A model generated the notes under the pieces. It had not been told where the DNA came from. It searched no databases and saw only the letters and a program-made list of their open reading frames with translations. From assembly GCA_002633005.1 (NCBI GenBank), contig NMRA01000358.1:1-64000 (forward strand): a stretch of DNA of 64,000 bases, written 5' to 3'. Position 1 is the first letter of the stretch. Each line of letters begins with the position of its first letter. Shown here in pieces: positions 62,174 to 64,000 of the stretch. A program made the position numbers and the translations under genes. This DNA is from Phoronis australis. Lineage: Eukaryota; Animalia; Phoronida.

Positions 62174-64000
62174 GATTCTCACCTGTAATGGTACCACCGA
62201 CACTTGCCTATGATGGCATTACAGATACCCACCTGTGATGATACAGAATATACCACCTGTGAAGGTACCACAGATACACGTAACAGTACCACATATACCA
62301 CCTGTAATGGTTACTCAGATAGCCACCTGTAATGGTACCACAGATACTCACCTATAGTGGTATCACATTTACCCACTTGTGATGGTAACTAAGATACCAG
62401 TCTGTGATTGTACCACTTATACCACCTGTAATGGCAACACAGAAACTCACCTGAAACGGTACCACATATATCTACTTGTAAAGGCACCACATATACCTAC
62501 CTGTAATGGTACATCGTATACCCACTGATAATTACCTCTGATGGTACCACCAATTCTTACCTCTGATGGTACCACAGACACCCACCTCTAATGGTACGTA
62601 CCACGTATACCCACCTGTGACGGTAACACCAATACTTACCTGTGATGGTATCACAGATAACTACCTGAAATGGTACCATATATTCCCACCTGTAAAGGTA
62701 CCACATATAATCACCTGTGATGGTACCACATACCCACCTTTTACTTTACCACTCATACCCACCTGACATGGCACCATAAAGCCAAAATATGCACCCAATA
62801 TGACACCTGAGACACCAGAATACTCACTTGAAGTAGTGACTCGTCTCTACCAACCTTCCAATGGAAGAATGTCCCATGGTGTCTCAAGACAGCATGCACT
62901 CCTGTGGGCCGCTGTCATTCACTGGTCACATCAGGAGGCACTCCCAGGGGCTCTTGTTTTTACTGAGCACATTTAATTTACCACATGCTGTGAAGTTGCA
63001 ATCACTTTCACTGAACACAATTACTTGCACTCATGACCAGCACTCCTGCTCACTTCTTAGGGTGAAGTAACATGAATGCTCAGTCCACTGTATAATAAGT
63101 ACACTTTATGCCAATTGCAAAACTTTTTCATTATCGTGATGGCTACCGCCATTTAATACAAAAATGGCCCATGCGATGATGGCAGCTTTTCATTTTGGCA
63201 AAAGCGTAATTAAGCATTTAACCATGTTTACTTCTTTGTGGACTCTGTATCATTTGGACTCTATCTGACATAATATCGTGCTAGCCGTGATCTGTGTATA
63301 AACTACACAACGTTTTCCCTGTTCTTGGTTAACACCAGGGACAGTACTCATCAATACTCTATACTAGCCAATCAGCTGCATGTTGCATGAAGTCAGGTGT
63401 AGTATCTGCAGTGCTCTCCACAACCACATGCAATGTATCGCAACCACCGGTGTGACTGCACTCCCGTTCTGTTTGATTGTCCTGCGGATGTTTTGAAAAA
63501 CTAGCGACGAGTATGTAAAAAGACAACATCGTTAACAACGTCATATTTGGTTCAAATTACACTTGAAAACAACTGGGCACTGCCCATTGAAACTGAATAA
63601 AGACCAAGTGGTCAGTTGTCAAAAGCCTAATCGGCTATCTCACTCAACCGTCAGGCCGGAATGGTAGTGTGGTCAGACCTCCAGTAATGTACTTACTGAG
63701 TTTTTTGACTGCGTGCATGATTTCAGTTTACTGAAACTTAAACTGGCAGTCTATTCAAGCAAATGTTATAAGAACCTTTGTTGGTGTTGTCTTCTCTCAC
63801 CAACTGTTTTTCATTGTTAAAGTGCCTACGACTAAGATGTCGACAACGACTAAGAAGGTGACCACAACTACGACAACCCCACCTCAAGTATACACCAAGA
63901 AACCTATTCCTTCGGTGAATAATATTTCTCCCAAAGCTGGTAAGTTTATCCAAGTGTACAGTTCTCTTACTAAAGGTGGCGCCGTATGCACATCTGAGTA
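62174..64000 (+). repeat. Near-identical second copy of 55147-55982 joined to about 59707-60897 (likely uncollapsed haplotype)
   Basis: Starts right after the n at 62173; colinear with the first copy apart from scattered SNPs and indels. Confidence 0.9.
63823..63939 (+). CDS. Second copy of exon 29, net 12 nt longer (PTTKMSTTTKKV...)
   Basis: Same flanks and splice sites as 60731-60835; 117 nt, frame preserved. Confidence 0.7.

Overview
AT-rich eukaryotic genomic DNA, most likely from a marine invertebrate (inferred from repeat types and gene style). Almost the whole window is one + strand multi-exon gene. I traced 29 exon positions by eye (4512-60835); splice phases are consistent throughout, giving 4926 nt or about 1640 aa, open at both ends. 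The protein is an LDL-receptor-family (LRP5/6-like) ectodomain: four [YWTD beta-propeller + EGF] units, then two 6-Cys Sushi/CCP domains and a Thr/Pro-rich mucin stalk, with no LDLa repeats in the window. Highlights: (1) a tandem pair of homologous, frame-enforced mutually exclusive exons (28385-28493 / 29207-29318) encoding alternative versions of one blade of propeller 3; (2) an LRP1-like furin site (RNRR) in propeller 4; (3) a second copy of the 3' region after an assembly 'n' (62174-64000) that lacks about 3.7 kb containing two in-frame mucin exons. The introns and flank carry an Academ-like DNA transposon, three Kolobok (THAP/KolX) derivatives, MITEs, SINEs, a LINE tail and many minisatellites. 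All calls come from manual reading; no database search was run.
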